From: an uncultured Acidimicrobiales bacterium
Lineage (GTDB): Bacteria > Actinomycetota > Acidimicrobiia > Acidimicrobiales > SZUA-35
Assembly: GCA_937922045.1 (NCBI GenBank)
Contig: CAKZXA010000004.1
Coordinates: 42,878-106,877, forward strand
DNA: 64,000 nucleotides
Reading direction: 5' to 3'
Within the stretch, counting starts at the first letter, position 1; every line of letters starts with the position of its first letter. The notes beneath the pieces were generated by a model. The model was not told where the DNA came from. It made no database searches and saw only the letters and a program-made list of their open reading frames with translations. Position numbers and translations under genes: made by a program. Positions 17,758 through 26,779 of this stretch are shown here, one piece after another.

Positions 17758-20700
17758 CTAGAGTTCAGAGCGTAGAGCGATGACCCTTCGGCGATAGAGC
17801 TCAATTCTCTGAAGCTTGAGGTCTTCATAGCCACGAATAGCAAGCGGAGCCTCCGCCAGCTCAGCGAGGACGGCGAGTCGTTGGGGTCCGGCGGCGTCGG
17901 CGTGAACCAGGGCCGTCTTCATGAACGCCTCATACTCGTCGACCAGCTCGCGTTCGAGCTTGCGTAGATGGTTCCGACCAAACGGATCGAGGCGCGTGCC
18001 GCGCAAGCGCTTGGCCTTGGCCAGCACGACGAAGGCCGGACTGGCGGCCGACGGCACCCGAACCTTGTTCTCGAGGCCGAGAGCCTTCAACAATGGTGGA
18101 TGGAGGTGCCAGCGAAGTTTCGTGCCCTTCGGCACCGGCAACGCGCCTTCCAGCAACATCAGTCTCGCAACCTCGTATTCGTCCTTGTACGCCATCAGCT
18201 TGTGGAACCCTCTGGCGACGCTCATAGCGAGATCGTTGTCGCCGGCGGTGAGAGCGAGATCAACAAGATCGAGGTAGCGCCCCGCGTAAGCTTCGTCCTG
18301 GTAAGCGACGAGATCTGCAACCCGAGTGGTCAAAGATCGAGCATCGTCGACGCCAAACTGGGCGCCCTCGATTGCTGCATTCGTGCGGCTCAGAAGGGCT
18401 GGGGACAAGGCTGGGGCTGCACTCGGCGCACCAGAGGATCCCGACGCCGAGGCCGAGGCGAGCACCGCCTCCACCGCCTCGCGGTCGCTGGCGTAGCGTC
18501 GGCCCCATTCCAAGGCCGCAAGGTTTGCCTCGACAGCCACACCGTTCAGCTCGATGGCCTTGCCAATCGATGCCCTATCGAGGGGTAGAAGGCCTGCCTG
18601 GAGAGCCACACCCAGCAAGCAGATATTGGCGGTCGCAGCCGATCCAACCAGATGCTGAGCAACAAGCGCTGTGTCGAACACCTCGACCGCATGGTCGGAC
18701 GCTGCGCCGAAGCGAGCTGCGTACGCTTCCATCGAATCCGCTTCCAACGTCGGGTTCACCACCTGGGCGCCGGTTGGTGGCCGTGATGCTGACGCCAGCA
18801 CCCGGGTCTGGGGGCCGACGGCGGTTAGCGCCCCATCGGCAGCCGCCACCATCTGATCGAAGGCGAGGACAACATCGGCTTGGCCCGTGCCAGCCAGATT
18901 CGACCCTGACACTGCTGACCCTGACACTGCTGATCCTGACACTGCTGATCCTGACACTGCCGACTCGGGACTGATGACAACATCGCTAACGACAGGGCCC
19001 GCTTTCTGGGAGAGACCGGTCTGGTCTAATCCAGCGACCTGGCGGCCAGCCAACATGGCCGCAGTGCTCAAGATCTGAGCCACCGTGACCACGCCGGTCC
19101 CACCGACACCGGCGAGACGGACGACCGCTCCCCCCGTACCGATCGGCGGTTCGGGGAGGGGCTCGTCGAGGAGGATCGAGCCGCCGTGGCCCAGATTGTT
19201 CACCGGGCCACCGGCGAGAGGATCAACCGCGAGATCGTCGACGTTGACGGTGACAAAAGCCGGACAATCACCGTGGAGACAGGACAGGTCGATGTTGCAG
19301 CTGGCTTGGTCGATCCGTGTCTTGCGGCCGAACTCGGTGTGCACAGGCTGCACGGAAAGGCAGCCGCTCACGTCGCCACAGTCGCCGCAGCCTTCACAAA
19401 TGCGATGGTTGATAAAGACCCGGGTCTTTGGCGTGTCGATCAGGCCACGCTTTCGATCGCGTCGCGTTTCGGCCGCACAACCTTGGTCGTTGATCAAGAT
19501 TGTTACACCATCGATGGCGGCTAGCTCTTGTTGGGCCTCAACGATGCGGGTCCGATCCATCACCGCGAGCAGTGGACGAAGGTCGTCGGGGAGGCGTAGA
19601 TTGCGGTAGCGCTCAACGTCCTCGGTGGTGATGATCACCCGCTTTGCTCCCTGCTGGAGCAAGATCGTAGCCATGGTTTGAGGCGTGACCTGATGCGAGG
19701 CATCTTGGCCTCCCGTCATGGCCACCGTGTGGTTGTAGAGGATCTTGAACGTCATTCTGGATCCAGCGCCGATGGCGGCCTGCACCGCGAGTTGCCCCGA
19801 ATGAAAGTAGGTTCCATCGCCCAGGTTCTGAACGATGTGTTCCGTCTCGACGAACGGCTCCATGCCAAGCCATTGCATGCCCTCGTTGCCCATCGCCGTG
19901 ACGCCTAGGCTGTCGCCGACACGCTCGGGATCCATGAGAAGACCCATGCCATGGCAACCGGTGCCCATGCCGACCACCGCGCCCTCATCAACCTTCATAC
20001 CCCAGCTGTGGGGGCACCCGGAGCAGAATGCGGGTGCCCGCACCACGGCTAGCGGAATCCGTTCTCTGGGCACGGGAGGCGGGGGGGCGAGCTCTTCACC
20101 GAGCAGGGGGAGCAGCTGACGACGAAGCGCCGGACTGATGACATCGGCATCAAGCCGGCCATGCGACGGTAGGAGACGCTCCCCGTCCAGATCGATCTTG
20201 CCAACGACGTCGGGCCGATGGCTATGGGTGTACAAGGCATCCCGCACCAGTCGCTCCAAGGTCGGGTTCTTTTCTTCGATGACAATGATGCGGTCCAACC
20301 CGGACGCAAACCGTCGGATGAGGCCAGCATCAAAAGGCAAGGGCATACGCAAATTCAGGAGCCGAATTCCGGCGCGGGCCACAGCAGCCTCACCCTCAAC
20401 GCCGAGGCGCCGCAAAGCTTCAACCGTTTCGCCGAAGGTGAAACCTGTGGCCAGCACGCCGAGCCGAGGACGTGGCGGATCGACAGCGATGCGGTTCAAA
20501 CCATTCTCGATGCCGTAGCGCAAGGCGAGCTCGGTACGCACCTCGTGAAATTCGCGCTCGACCTCGACCATCCTCGGACCAAGCAACTGAGCCGACGGTT
20601 GCGCCCGCCACTCAACCCCATCGATTGTGGTCGTCGGTCGAATCGGGTCGTTCAACAACACGGGCAACCCAACGGTTCCCGAGCCGTCGGCGACCGCGGT

Positions 20701-21336
20701 CACAACCTTCAACGCCGACCAAAGACCGGTCGCTCGTGACATGGCCAATCCGTGCAAGCCAAGCTCTAAACACTCCGCCACCGACGCCGGGTAAAGCACC
20801 GGCATGTGCAGATCGGCGAGCGCAGCATCCGACGATGACGGCATCGTCGACGACTTGGCCGATGGGTCATCACCGACGATGGCGAGCGCTCCTCCGGTCG
20901 CGCTTGATCCGGTGAACACCGAGTGACGCAGGGCGTCGGTTGCCCGGTCGAGGCCTGGAGCCTTGCCATACCAGATGCCGGAGATACCGTCGTAGCGGCA
21001 GTCTGGCCGGGTGGCGGCCAGCTGTGACCCCATCACAGCCGTCACCCCAAGTTCCTCGTTTACCGCTGGCAGATGGTGGATGGGAAACCCCTCACCGGCT
21101 GCTCGGATAGAGCGGGGAATTTCTTGATCCAGGCCCGCAAGTGGCGAGCCCGGGTAGCCGGAGATGAAGGCCGCTGTGTTGCGGCCGTTGGCATAGTCGA
21201 GACGCAGCTGCTCGATCGGAAGTCGAGCGAGGGCCTGAATACCGGTGAGGAACACCGTCCCCGACAGGGCTCGGTAGCGATCATCCAAGCGGTACTCGTT
21301 GGCGGGACCTGCCGATAGATCATCTCGAACACTCAT
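17758..21336 (-). CDS. Indolepyruvate ferredoxin oxidoreductase family protein (fused IorA/IorB-like 2-oxoacid:ferredoxin oxidoreductase)
   Basis: 1192 aa. The N-terminus YRLDDRYRALSGTVFLTGIQALARLPIEQ is typical of the family. It also has a TPP-binding region, the ferredoxin-type cluster CEGCGDCGDVSGC and a C-terminal IorB-like domain. Confidence 0.9.
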   Translation of the reverse strand: MSVRDDLSAGPANEYRLDDRYRALSGTVFLTGIQALARLPIEQLRLDYANGRNTAAFISGYPGSPLAGLDQEIPRSIRAAGEGFPIHHLPAVNEELGVTAVMGSQLAATRPDCRYDGISGIWYGKAPGLDRATDALRHSVFTGSSATGGALAIVGDDPSAKSSTMPSSSDAALADLHMPVLYPASVAECLELGLHGLAMSRATGLWSALKVVTAVADGSGTVGLPVLLNDPIRPTTTIDGVEWRAQPSAQLLGPRMVEVEREFHEVRTELALRYGIENGLNRIAVDPPRPRLGVLATGFTFGETVEALRRLGVEGEAAVARAGIRLLNLRMPLPFDAGLIRRFASGLDRIIVIEEKNPTLERLVRDALYTHSHRPDVVGKIDLDGERLLPSHGRLDADVISPALRRQLLPLLGEELAPPPPVPRERIPLAVVRAPAFCSGCPHSWGMKVDEGAVVGMGTGCHGMGLLMDPERVGDSLGVTAMGNEGMQWLGMEPFVETEHIVQNLGDGTYFHSGQLAVQAAIGAGSRMTFKILYNHTVAMTGGQDASHQVTPQTMATILLQQGAKRVIITTEDVERYRNLRLPDDLRPLLAVMDRTRIVEAQQELAAIDGVTILINDQGCAAETRRDRKRGLIDTPKTRVFINHRICEGCGDCGDVSGCLSVQPVHTEFGRKTRIDQASCNIDLSCLHGDCPAFVTVNVDDLAVDPLAGGPVNNLGHGGSILLDEPLPEPPIGTGGAVVRLAGVGGTGVVTVAQILSTAAMLAGRQVAGLDQTGLSQKAGPVVSDVVISPESAVSGSAVSGSAVSGSAVSGSNLAGTGQADVVLAFDQMVAAADGALTAVGPQTRVLASASRPPTGAQVVNPTLEADSMEAYAARFGAASDHAVEVFDTALVAQHLVGSAATANICLLGVALQAGLLPLDRASIGKAIELNGVAVEANLAALEWGRRYASDREAVEAVLASASASGSSGAPSAAPALSPALLSRTNAAIEGAQFGVDDARSLTTRVADLVAYQDEAYAGRYLDLVDLALTAGDNDLAMSVARGFHKLMAYKDEYEVARLMLLEGALPVPKGTKLRWHLHPPLLKALGLENKVRVPSAASPAFVVLAKAKRLRGTRLDPFGRNHLRKLERELVDEYEAFMKTALVHADAAGPQRLAVLAELAEAPLAIRGYEDLKLQRIELYRRRVIALRSEL
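18905..18964 (-). repeat. In-frame 15-bp tandem repeat (4 units) encoding (SAVSG)n in the inter-domain linker of the IOR-family gene
   Basis: Plus-strand units are cctgacactgctgac / cctgacactgctgat / cctgacactgctgat / cctgacactgccgac. The protein reads ESAVSGSAVSGSAVSGSAVSGSNLAG. Confidence 0.9.
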
Positions 21337-21347
21337 CTCGAAACAGT

Positions 21348-21363
21348 AACGCTTCTAAGCGTT
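21348..21363. promoter_or_regulatory. Candidate operator palindrome in the IOR / Lrp divergent promoter region
   Basis: AACGCTT-ct-AAGCGTT, with perfect 7-bp arms. It sits in a locally AT-rich ~55-bp gap between the divergent starts at 21336 and 21391. Confidence 0.35.
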
Positions 21364-21390
21364 TAGGATCAGTATTCCTTATGAATCAAG

Positions 21391-21921
21391 ATGATTTACA
21401 GTGTTAAGGCTGAATTGCTAGACTTTCTGCTTGTGGATGCCGATCTAGATGAGCTCGACAAGAAGATTATCGACGTACTGATGCGTAACGCGCGGCTCTC
21501 GATTCCAGCCCTGGCCGACGAGGTCGGCACCAGCAGGGCCACGGCCTACAACCGCTTCGATCGCCTCGTCGGTCAGGGAGTCATCACCGGCTTTCACGCC
21601 GCGGTCGATCCCGAGGCACTCGGTTCGGAGATCGCCGCCTTGACCTTGGTAAAGGCGGCCCAGCAGGGCTGGCCTTCGCTGGCGGAAGACCTGGCCGCAG
21701 TACCCGGCGTTGTCTGGCTCGGATTGAGCGTTGGCACATCGGATTTCGTTCTGCTGCTCCGAGCCCGCAGTCTTCGACATCTACGAGACTCGGTGTTGGA
21801 AGGCTTGCTCGGCATACCCGGGGTCGACAGCATCGAAACCCGAGTCCTTCTCGACGAGACCACACCGTCGGGGCTTCCCTTCGGCCAGCTATCGCCGATC
21901 GATGACGTCCGAAGTCTTTGA
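21391..21921 (+). CDS. Lrp/AsnC-family transcriptional regulator
   Basis: HTH_AsnC region LDELDKKIIDVLMRNARLSIPALADEVGTSRATAYNRFDRLVGQGVI followed by a RAM/ligand domain. The start may instead be the GTG at 21433 (VDADLDELD...). Confidence 0.85.
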   Translation: MIYSVKAELLDFLLVDADLDELDKKIIDVLMRNARLSIPALADEVGTSRATAYNRFDRLVGQGVITGFHAAVDPEALGSEIAALTLVKAAQQGWPSLAEDLAAVPGVVWLGLSVGTSDFVLLLRARSLRHLRDSVLEGLLGIPGVDSIETRVLLDETTPSGLPFGQLSPIDDVRSL

Positions 21922-21935
21922 TCTTGATCTAGCTA

Positions 21936-23906
21936 TCAGCGGCGGCGCGACCGGCGTTGCCGCCACCGCCGCAATCCTCCACCAGCACCGAGGAGCAAGA
22001 GGCCGCCGCCAACGCCGGTTATTCGGCGTTGCCCTGACCGCTCGGCCGCGTCCACCGCATCATCCAACCTGGCCGAGGCCTCGTTCATCTCGTCGAACTG
22101 ACCGGTGGTGTAAAGAGCTCGCACGAGCTGGCGGTCATGATCGAGTCCGCCTCCAGCGAGCCCGAACCTCTCAACGAGGCTCAGGCTCTGATCGACCGAG
22201 TCGAGTTCGAGGACAAGAGCACCGCTGGCCACCAGCTGCTCTCCGACCTCTGCCACGTCTTCGGCTGAGGCCGCCTGCTCGAAGGCTTGCTCCAATGCCA
22301 TCGGAACGTCGAGCTCGGCGACGACCAGGGCGTCGGCCAGGTCATCGCGTTGTTTTACCACGGCGGTGGCGGCCGACATCGCCGTCTCGGCTTGATCGAA
22401 TGACCATGTCGCCAAGGCGTTCCGTACGACGAGTGGCGGATGCCAATCACCGGCATCGGTTTGCAAGCTGCGATAGTTCTTCAGCGCTGCCTGCCTCTGC
22501 TCGTAGGACTCGTTCCATCCGCCATCGACCCAGGTCGCGACCATGTCGGCTAACGCTGCATCGGGAGCTGCCTGTTCGAAGTAGTCGAGCAGGCGGAAGG
22601 ATTCAGAACCTCCGGCTGAGGTGTCGGCCAGGTCCCCGTAGGGAGAACGTCCAGCGAGACGGGCGCGGACGGCCGAGAGGAAGGCTTCGGTTCCTATCTC
22701 TGAGCGGATCGTACGCAACAGCTGCCACGAGGCGTCGTATTCCCACGACTCAACCTCGGGGTCCTGGCTATCCCATCCAGACAAGGGCCTGGCGACCTCG
22801 TCGTCGAGCGAGACAAGGCTGGCCTCAGACGGTTCGCCATCGGCCACGGCGAGAGCTGCGAACTCGCTGGCCAGCCCTTCGATGACCCATCGATCCGACA
22901 GCGAGCGATGGTTGATCCATACGTGGGCGATCTCGTGCAGTACGGTCAGGTCGTCGATACGCGGCCCGATCACGATGAGATTCTCGTCCTCGATATACCA
23001 GCCGGCGTAGCTGCTGCCGAGAGGCACCGCCGACTCCTGGATCGTAAGCTCACGATCGGGCCAGGGCCGGTCGATGAGTTCACGCAATGATCCGAGATGA
23101 TCGTCGATCTCGCCGGTGACGTGATCCAACCACTGTTCATCCCCGGGCCAATACCGTAAGACGATGTCGGTGCCATGGGCGGTAATCGACTGTTCGACCA
23201 TGCCAGCTTCTCGTTCAAACAGCACGAAGGTGAACAGCCCGTCGGAAGCGCCGGAAGCCTCAAGGACCGTCGTCGACGTTTCTGCCCCATCGCTTCGACT
23301 GAAGGGAGACGGGTAGTCGGGCCGGCTGATCAGCTCATAGCCGTCGGGGGCTTCAATGGTGGCCTGCCACGAGTCCAGGCCACCGTCGGTGAAAACAAAC
23401 CACCCTGCGCTCGCCGGGTTAACGATTACCGCGGTTTCAGCGGATTCGAGCCTGAAGTTGGCGAGATCATCAGGCAGGGAGTATCGAGCCGTGACCGTGG
23501 TGGATTGACCGTAGAACACCCTGCTTCGGAGCTTGACGGTGACCAGATCGAACCCTTCGACATCGAAGGGGTTTCGGCGAATCGATAGCGAACCCGACCG
23601 ATCGGCTATGTCGAGCTCGACCGCAGCCGCTGGCACCACCATCTGATACTCAAAAAGATAGTACTGATAGACCCCGGCATCGGTTCGTTCATCCGGACGG
23701 GTCGCTTCAATATCGATCTCGACGACGACATCGACATCGCTACCGTCGGGATCGAGCACATAGCTGTACTCGCCATGCACACGGGCTCCGTCGTCTCCCT
23801 CCGCCTGCGCAACCGACAGAGGAGTGGGGGTAACGAGGTGCGGCACGTCCTGAACGGGAACCAGAAAAGCGAGGGCCAGCAAGAAGGTGGACATCGTCGC
23901 AGCCAA
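21936..23906 (-). CDS. Putative exported, C-terminally membrane-anchored zinc metallopeptidase (MA-clan gluzincin, M1/Peptidase_MA_2-like)
   Basis: TTG start at 23906, 5 nt after GGAGGG. Features are an N-terminal signal-like segment, HEIAHVW...RWVIEGLASEF (HExxH plus a downstream Glu in a W-x-x-EG-x-A context), a long helical C-terminal region, a final TM helix and a poly-Arg tail (GGGLLLLGAGGGLRRWRQRRSRRR). Confidence 0.5.
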   Translation of the reverse strand: MAATMSTFLLALAFLVPVQDVPHLVTPTPLSVAQAEGDDGARVHGEYSYVLDPDGSDVDVVVEIDIEATRPDERTDAGVYQYYLFEYQMVVPAAAVELDIADRSGSLSIRRNPFDVEGFDLVTVKLRSRVFYGQSTTVTARYSLPDDLANFRLESAETAVIVNPASAGWFVFTDGGLDSWQATIEAPDGYELISRPDYPSPFSRSDGAETSTTVLEASGASDGLFTFVLFEREAGMVEQSITAHGTDIVLRYWPGDEQWLDHVTGEIDDHLGSLRELIDRPWPDRELTIQESAVPLGSSYAGWYIEDENLIVIGPRIDDLTVLHEIAHVWINHRSLSDRWVIEGLASEFAALAVADGEPSEASLVSLDDEVARPLSGWDSQDPEVESWEYDASWQLLRTIRSEIGTEAFLSAVRARLAGRSPYGDLADTSAGGSESFRLLDYFEQAAPDAALADMVATWVDGGWNESYEQRQAALKNYRSLQTDAGDWHPPLVVRNALATWSFDQAETAMSAATAVVKQRDDLADALVVAELDVPMALEQAFEQAASAEDVAEVGEQLVASGALVLELDSVDQSLSLVERFGLAGGGLDHDRQLVRALYTTGQFDEMNEASARLDDAVDAAERSGQRRITGVGGGLLLLGAGGGLRRWRQRRSRRR

Positions 23907-24024
23907 CCAATCCCTCCTCTAGATCTCAACGCCGAGGCGTCACCCGGTCTCGGGAGCTTTCCGCCTCCGATATCGCGCGCACAAGGCAATCCGCGAGTAA
24001 CAGATCCTAGTCCATGGCTTCGGT

Positions 24025-24870
24025 CTACAGACCGTCGCGCAGGGCAGGCAGGTCAGGAAAGTCGGCTGGCCGCTTTTCCATCGTGGCGGCGAAGGCCTCA
24101 GTCATATCGTCGGTGTCGAACATCGCCGCGTTCCAGGTTGCGATGTAGTCGAGCGAATCAGCGACAGAATGCTCGCGGGTGAAGTGAATCGTCTGCTTGG
24201 TCCCCCACACGGCAACCGGTGCTTTTGAGGCGATTTCAGCCGCGATCTCTAGCACCCCATCGACCAAGGCCTGATGGTTGGGAAAGATCTTGTTGACGAA
24301 CCCGGCCGCCAACGCCTCTTCGGCCGACCAACGACGTCCGGTGTAAGCGAGCTCTTTCACGATGCCCTCAGCGATGAGTTTTGGCATGCGTTGCAGGGTC
24401 CCGACGTCGGCGGTCATCCCGATGTTGACCTCGGCGATACTGAAGTAGGTCGTCTCATCGGCGTATCGCATGTCGGCCGCGCTCACCATGTCGATGCCAC
24501 CACCGACGCACGCTCCCTGGATTGCGCACAGCACAGGCATCCGGGCTCGTTCAAAGGCGGTGAAGGAATCTTGGAGCTTCACGGCAGTCGATCGAAAACC
24601 TTCGTTGCGCCGGCTGCGATGCGACGACTTCTTCGATGGTCCGACGTCGCCGTTCGAGGCGAACACTTCGAGATCCATGCCGGAACTGAAATGTTTGCCT
24701 TCGGCCGATACCACCAGGGCACGGACCGTACCCGATGCCGAAAGTTCATCGACGATCATCGGCAGGTCCCGCCAGAACGACGGCACCATCGAATTGGCCT
24801 TCTCCGGTCGTGTCATCTTGAGGTGAGCGATCTTGTCTGTCACCTCGAGGTCGAAGCACTCGTATCCCAT
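24025..24870 (-). CDS. Enoyl-CoA hydratase/isomerase (crotonase) family protein
   Basis: 281 aa with ALVVSAEGKHFSSGMDL and CAIQGACVGGGIDM motifs characteristic of the crotonase fold (dienoyl-CoA-isomerase-like). Confidence 0.85.
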   Translation of the reverse strand: MGYECFDLEVTDKIAHLKMTRPEKANSMVPSFWRDLPMIVDELSASGTVRALVVSAEGKHFSSGMDLEVFASNGDVGPSKKSSHRSRRNEGFRSTAVKLQDSFTAFERARMPVLCAIQGACVGGGIDMVSAADMRYADETTYFSIAEVNIGMTADVGTLQRMPKLIAEGIVKELAYTGRRWSAEEALAAGFVNKIFPNHQALVDGVLEIAAEIASKAPVAVWGTKQTIHFTREHSVADSLDYIATWNAAMFDTDDMTEAFAATMEKRPADFPDLPALRDGL

Positions 24871-24897
24871 AGACCGACCCTAGCCAAGCGGTCAAGG

Positions 24898-24927
24898 TCA
24901 GGCCTCATCAGGCCTCATCAGGCCTGA
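24898..24927. repeat. Three tandem 10-bp units built on the palindrome TCAGGCCTGA
   Basis: tcaggcctca tcaggcctca tcaggcctga, read directly, in the 65-bp gap upstream of the crotonase start. Adjacent units can pair (CAGGCC-n6-GGCCTG). Confidence 0.8.
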
Positions 24928-24935
24928 GACGACAC

Positions 24936-25115
24936 TCAGCGACGAAGCAGCGGCACCATCACGACGGCAACACCGACAAAAAACAGCACGCTGGCGACGA
25001 ACGAAAGCACGTCATCATTTCGCCACGCCACCACGGCGAAGAGGGCACAGCCAACAAGCCACATCGAGTAGCCGGAGAGGTTGAGTATCCAGTCACGTCC
25101 ACGCACGTCGACCAC
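24936..25115 (-). CDS. Possible small two-TM membrane protein
   Basis: Only the C-terminal ~55 aa of ORF 24936-25325 looks protein-like (DWILNLSGYSMWLVGCALFAVVAWRNDDVLSFVASVLFFVGVAVVMVPLLRR). The upstream part overlaps the BVMO gene. The start would be GTG at 25115 or 25106. Weak call. Confidence 0.3.
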   Translation of the reverse strand: MVDVRGRDWILNLSGYSMWLVGCALFAVVAWRNDDVLSFVASVLFFVGVAVVMVPLLRR

Positions 25116-25153
25116 CCTAACTTCACTTCGCCCCCGGACATGTATCCCGAACG

Positions 25154-26779
25154 CTACGACAGCTCGAAGCCGGGATAGCCAGCCGCTGCCGTCTCCGCAA
25201 GCTTGGCCAGGTAGCCGTCGACCAGAGGGTAGTTGAGCAGCTGCCGAGGCTTCCCCGGAACGTTCGCTCCCATGTACCAAGAGTCGGCTTGGCCGAAAAG
25301 GGTGGCAGCGGCGATGGCGTCGCAATGCTCACTCCATGCCGCGTCGGCTTCGGGCGTCGACTCAAGGCGCGTGTAGCCCTCGTCGCGCATGTGGCGAAGC
25401 GTGTCGACCACCCACTCCCCCTGCAACTCCGCACAGGTCGGCCCGTTACAGAAGGCCGTGGGACTCTGAGGCCCGTAGAGGAACAGCAGATTGGGAAAGC
25501 CAGCGGCCGCAACCCCAAGATTGAGCTGCACCCGGTCGGCCCAGTACTCAGCGAAGGACATGCCGTTTCGGCCCTCGACGCCGAGTTGGCTCAACCCGCC
25601 GGTGTTGGCGTCGAAGCCGGTAGCCAACACGATCATGTCGAGCTCGAAGCTGCGATCAGCGGTTCGGACACCGACCGGTGTGACCTCCGAAATCGGATCA
25701 GCCTTGACATCGACGAGCGCCACGTTCGGCTGGTTGAAGACGTCGTAGTAGTCCTGCTCAAGCGAGGGCCGCTTGGTCCCAAAGGGGTAGGGAGGATCGG
25801 TGGGCGCCAGCAACTCGGCGACCGCAGGATCTTGAAGACGGGCTCTGGTCTTGTCGCGCCAGAAGTCATAGGACGTTCGATTGGCTTGCTCGTTGGTCAG
25901 GATGTCGTTGAACGTGGCCGCCCAGAAGTGAAAGCCACCCCTGGCCCAGGCTTGTTCGTAGACCCGGTTCCGTTCCGCTTCGTCGACGGACATAGCCGAG
26001 ACGTTCAGCCTGATCAGGTCGGCGAAACTGCCGGGCGGCTCGTTGCGAACACGGAACATCTCGGCATAGCCGAGCTTGGCTTCATCCTGTTCCTCGACAC
26101 TCATCGTTGCCTGCTGCATGGCCAAGGCCATCACCGGTGTGCGTTGGAAGACGGTTAGTTCCGCTGCGGTCTTCGCCGCCTCCTGAACCACCTGAACACC
26201 ACTCGCTCCCGTGCCGATCACGCCAACCTTCAACCCATCGAAGGACTGGCCGCTTTGAGGCCAGCGGGCGGTGTGGTGACAGATACCCTCGAAGCGTTCC
26301 AAGCCAGGGAGGTCGGGCACGTAGGGCTTGGCCGCAAAGCCGGTGCAGACCAGCAGATGACGGGCCTCTGCGGTGACCCCCGAGCTGGTCTCGACACTCC
26401 ACCGGTTGGCGGTCTCGTCGAAACGAGCATTCTCCACTCGCGTCTCGTAGTAGATGTCAGGAGCCAAGGCCAAGACATCGACGACGTGGTGGAAGTACCG
26501 TTGCAGTTCCGGCTGGCTGGGAAAGCGCTCGGTCCAGTACCAGTCACGCCAGATCTGCTCCATCGAGAACTCGTAGTTGGGCACGTGGGAATCGACCCGA
26601 GCCCCGGGATAGCAGTTCCAATACCAGACCCCGCCGGGACCAGCCCCAGCCTCAAAGACGGCAACGGAGAAACCTTCCTGCCGTAGGCGGTAGAGCTGGT
26701 ACAGCCCGTTGAAGCCGGCGCCGACCACGGCAACATCGACCTGGCCAAGGTGCCCAGCCGGGTCCTTTCCGCTGGTCAC
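25154..26779 (-). CDS. Type I Baeyer-Villiger (flavin, NADPH-dependent) monooxygenase
   Basis: 541 aa. FAD GxGxxG (VVGAGFNG), GGVWYWNCYPGARVD, the BVMO fingerprint FxGxxxHxxxWP = FEGICHHTARWP, and a second Rossmann motif (VIGTGASG). Confidence 0.9.
   Translation of the reverse strand: MTSGKDPAGHLGQVDVAVVGAGFNGLYQLYRLRQEGFSVAVFEAGAGPGGVWYWNCYPGARVDSHVPNYEFSMEQIWRDWYWTERFPSQPELQRYFHHVVDVLALAPDIYYETRVENARFDETANRWSVETSSGVTAEARHLLVCTGFAAKPYVPDLPGLERFEGICHHTARWPQSGQSFDGLKVGVIGTGASGVQVVQEAAKTAAELTVFQRTPVMALAMQQATMSVEEQDEAKLGYAEMFRVRNEPPGSFADLIRLNVSAMSVDEAERNRVYEQAWARGGFHFWAATFNDILTNEQANRTSYDFWRDKTRARLQDPAVAELLAPTDPPYPFGTKRPSLEQDYYDVFNQPNVALVDVKADPISEVTPVGVRTADRSFELDMIVLATGFDANTGGLSQLGVEGRNGMSFAEYWADRVQLNLGVAAAGFPNLLFLYGPQSPTAFCNGPTCAELQGEWVVDTLRHMRDEGYTRLESTPEADAAWSEHCDAIAAATLFGQADSWYMGANVPGKPRQLLNYPLVDGYLAKLAETAAAGYPGFELS

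Noticed and set aside
18905-18964. Whether the short tandem repeats (18905-18964, 10061-10105, 24898-24927) could be a CRISPR array or minisatellite element
   Set aside because: The units are 10-15 bp with no spacers. Two of the three are in-frame inside genes. There are no cas genes anywhere in the window.
21731-22885. 384-aa plus-strand ORF, extremely Arg/Pro-rich, which would be one of the largest ORFs in the region
   Set aside because: It lies entirely antisense to the well-formed metallopeptidase-like gene (and begins inside the Lrp gene). Its composition (RRRR, PRP runs) is the usual shadow-frame artefact of GC-rich DNA, and it has no recognisable motif.
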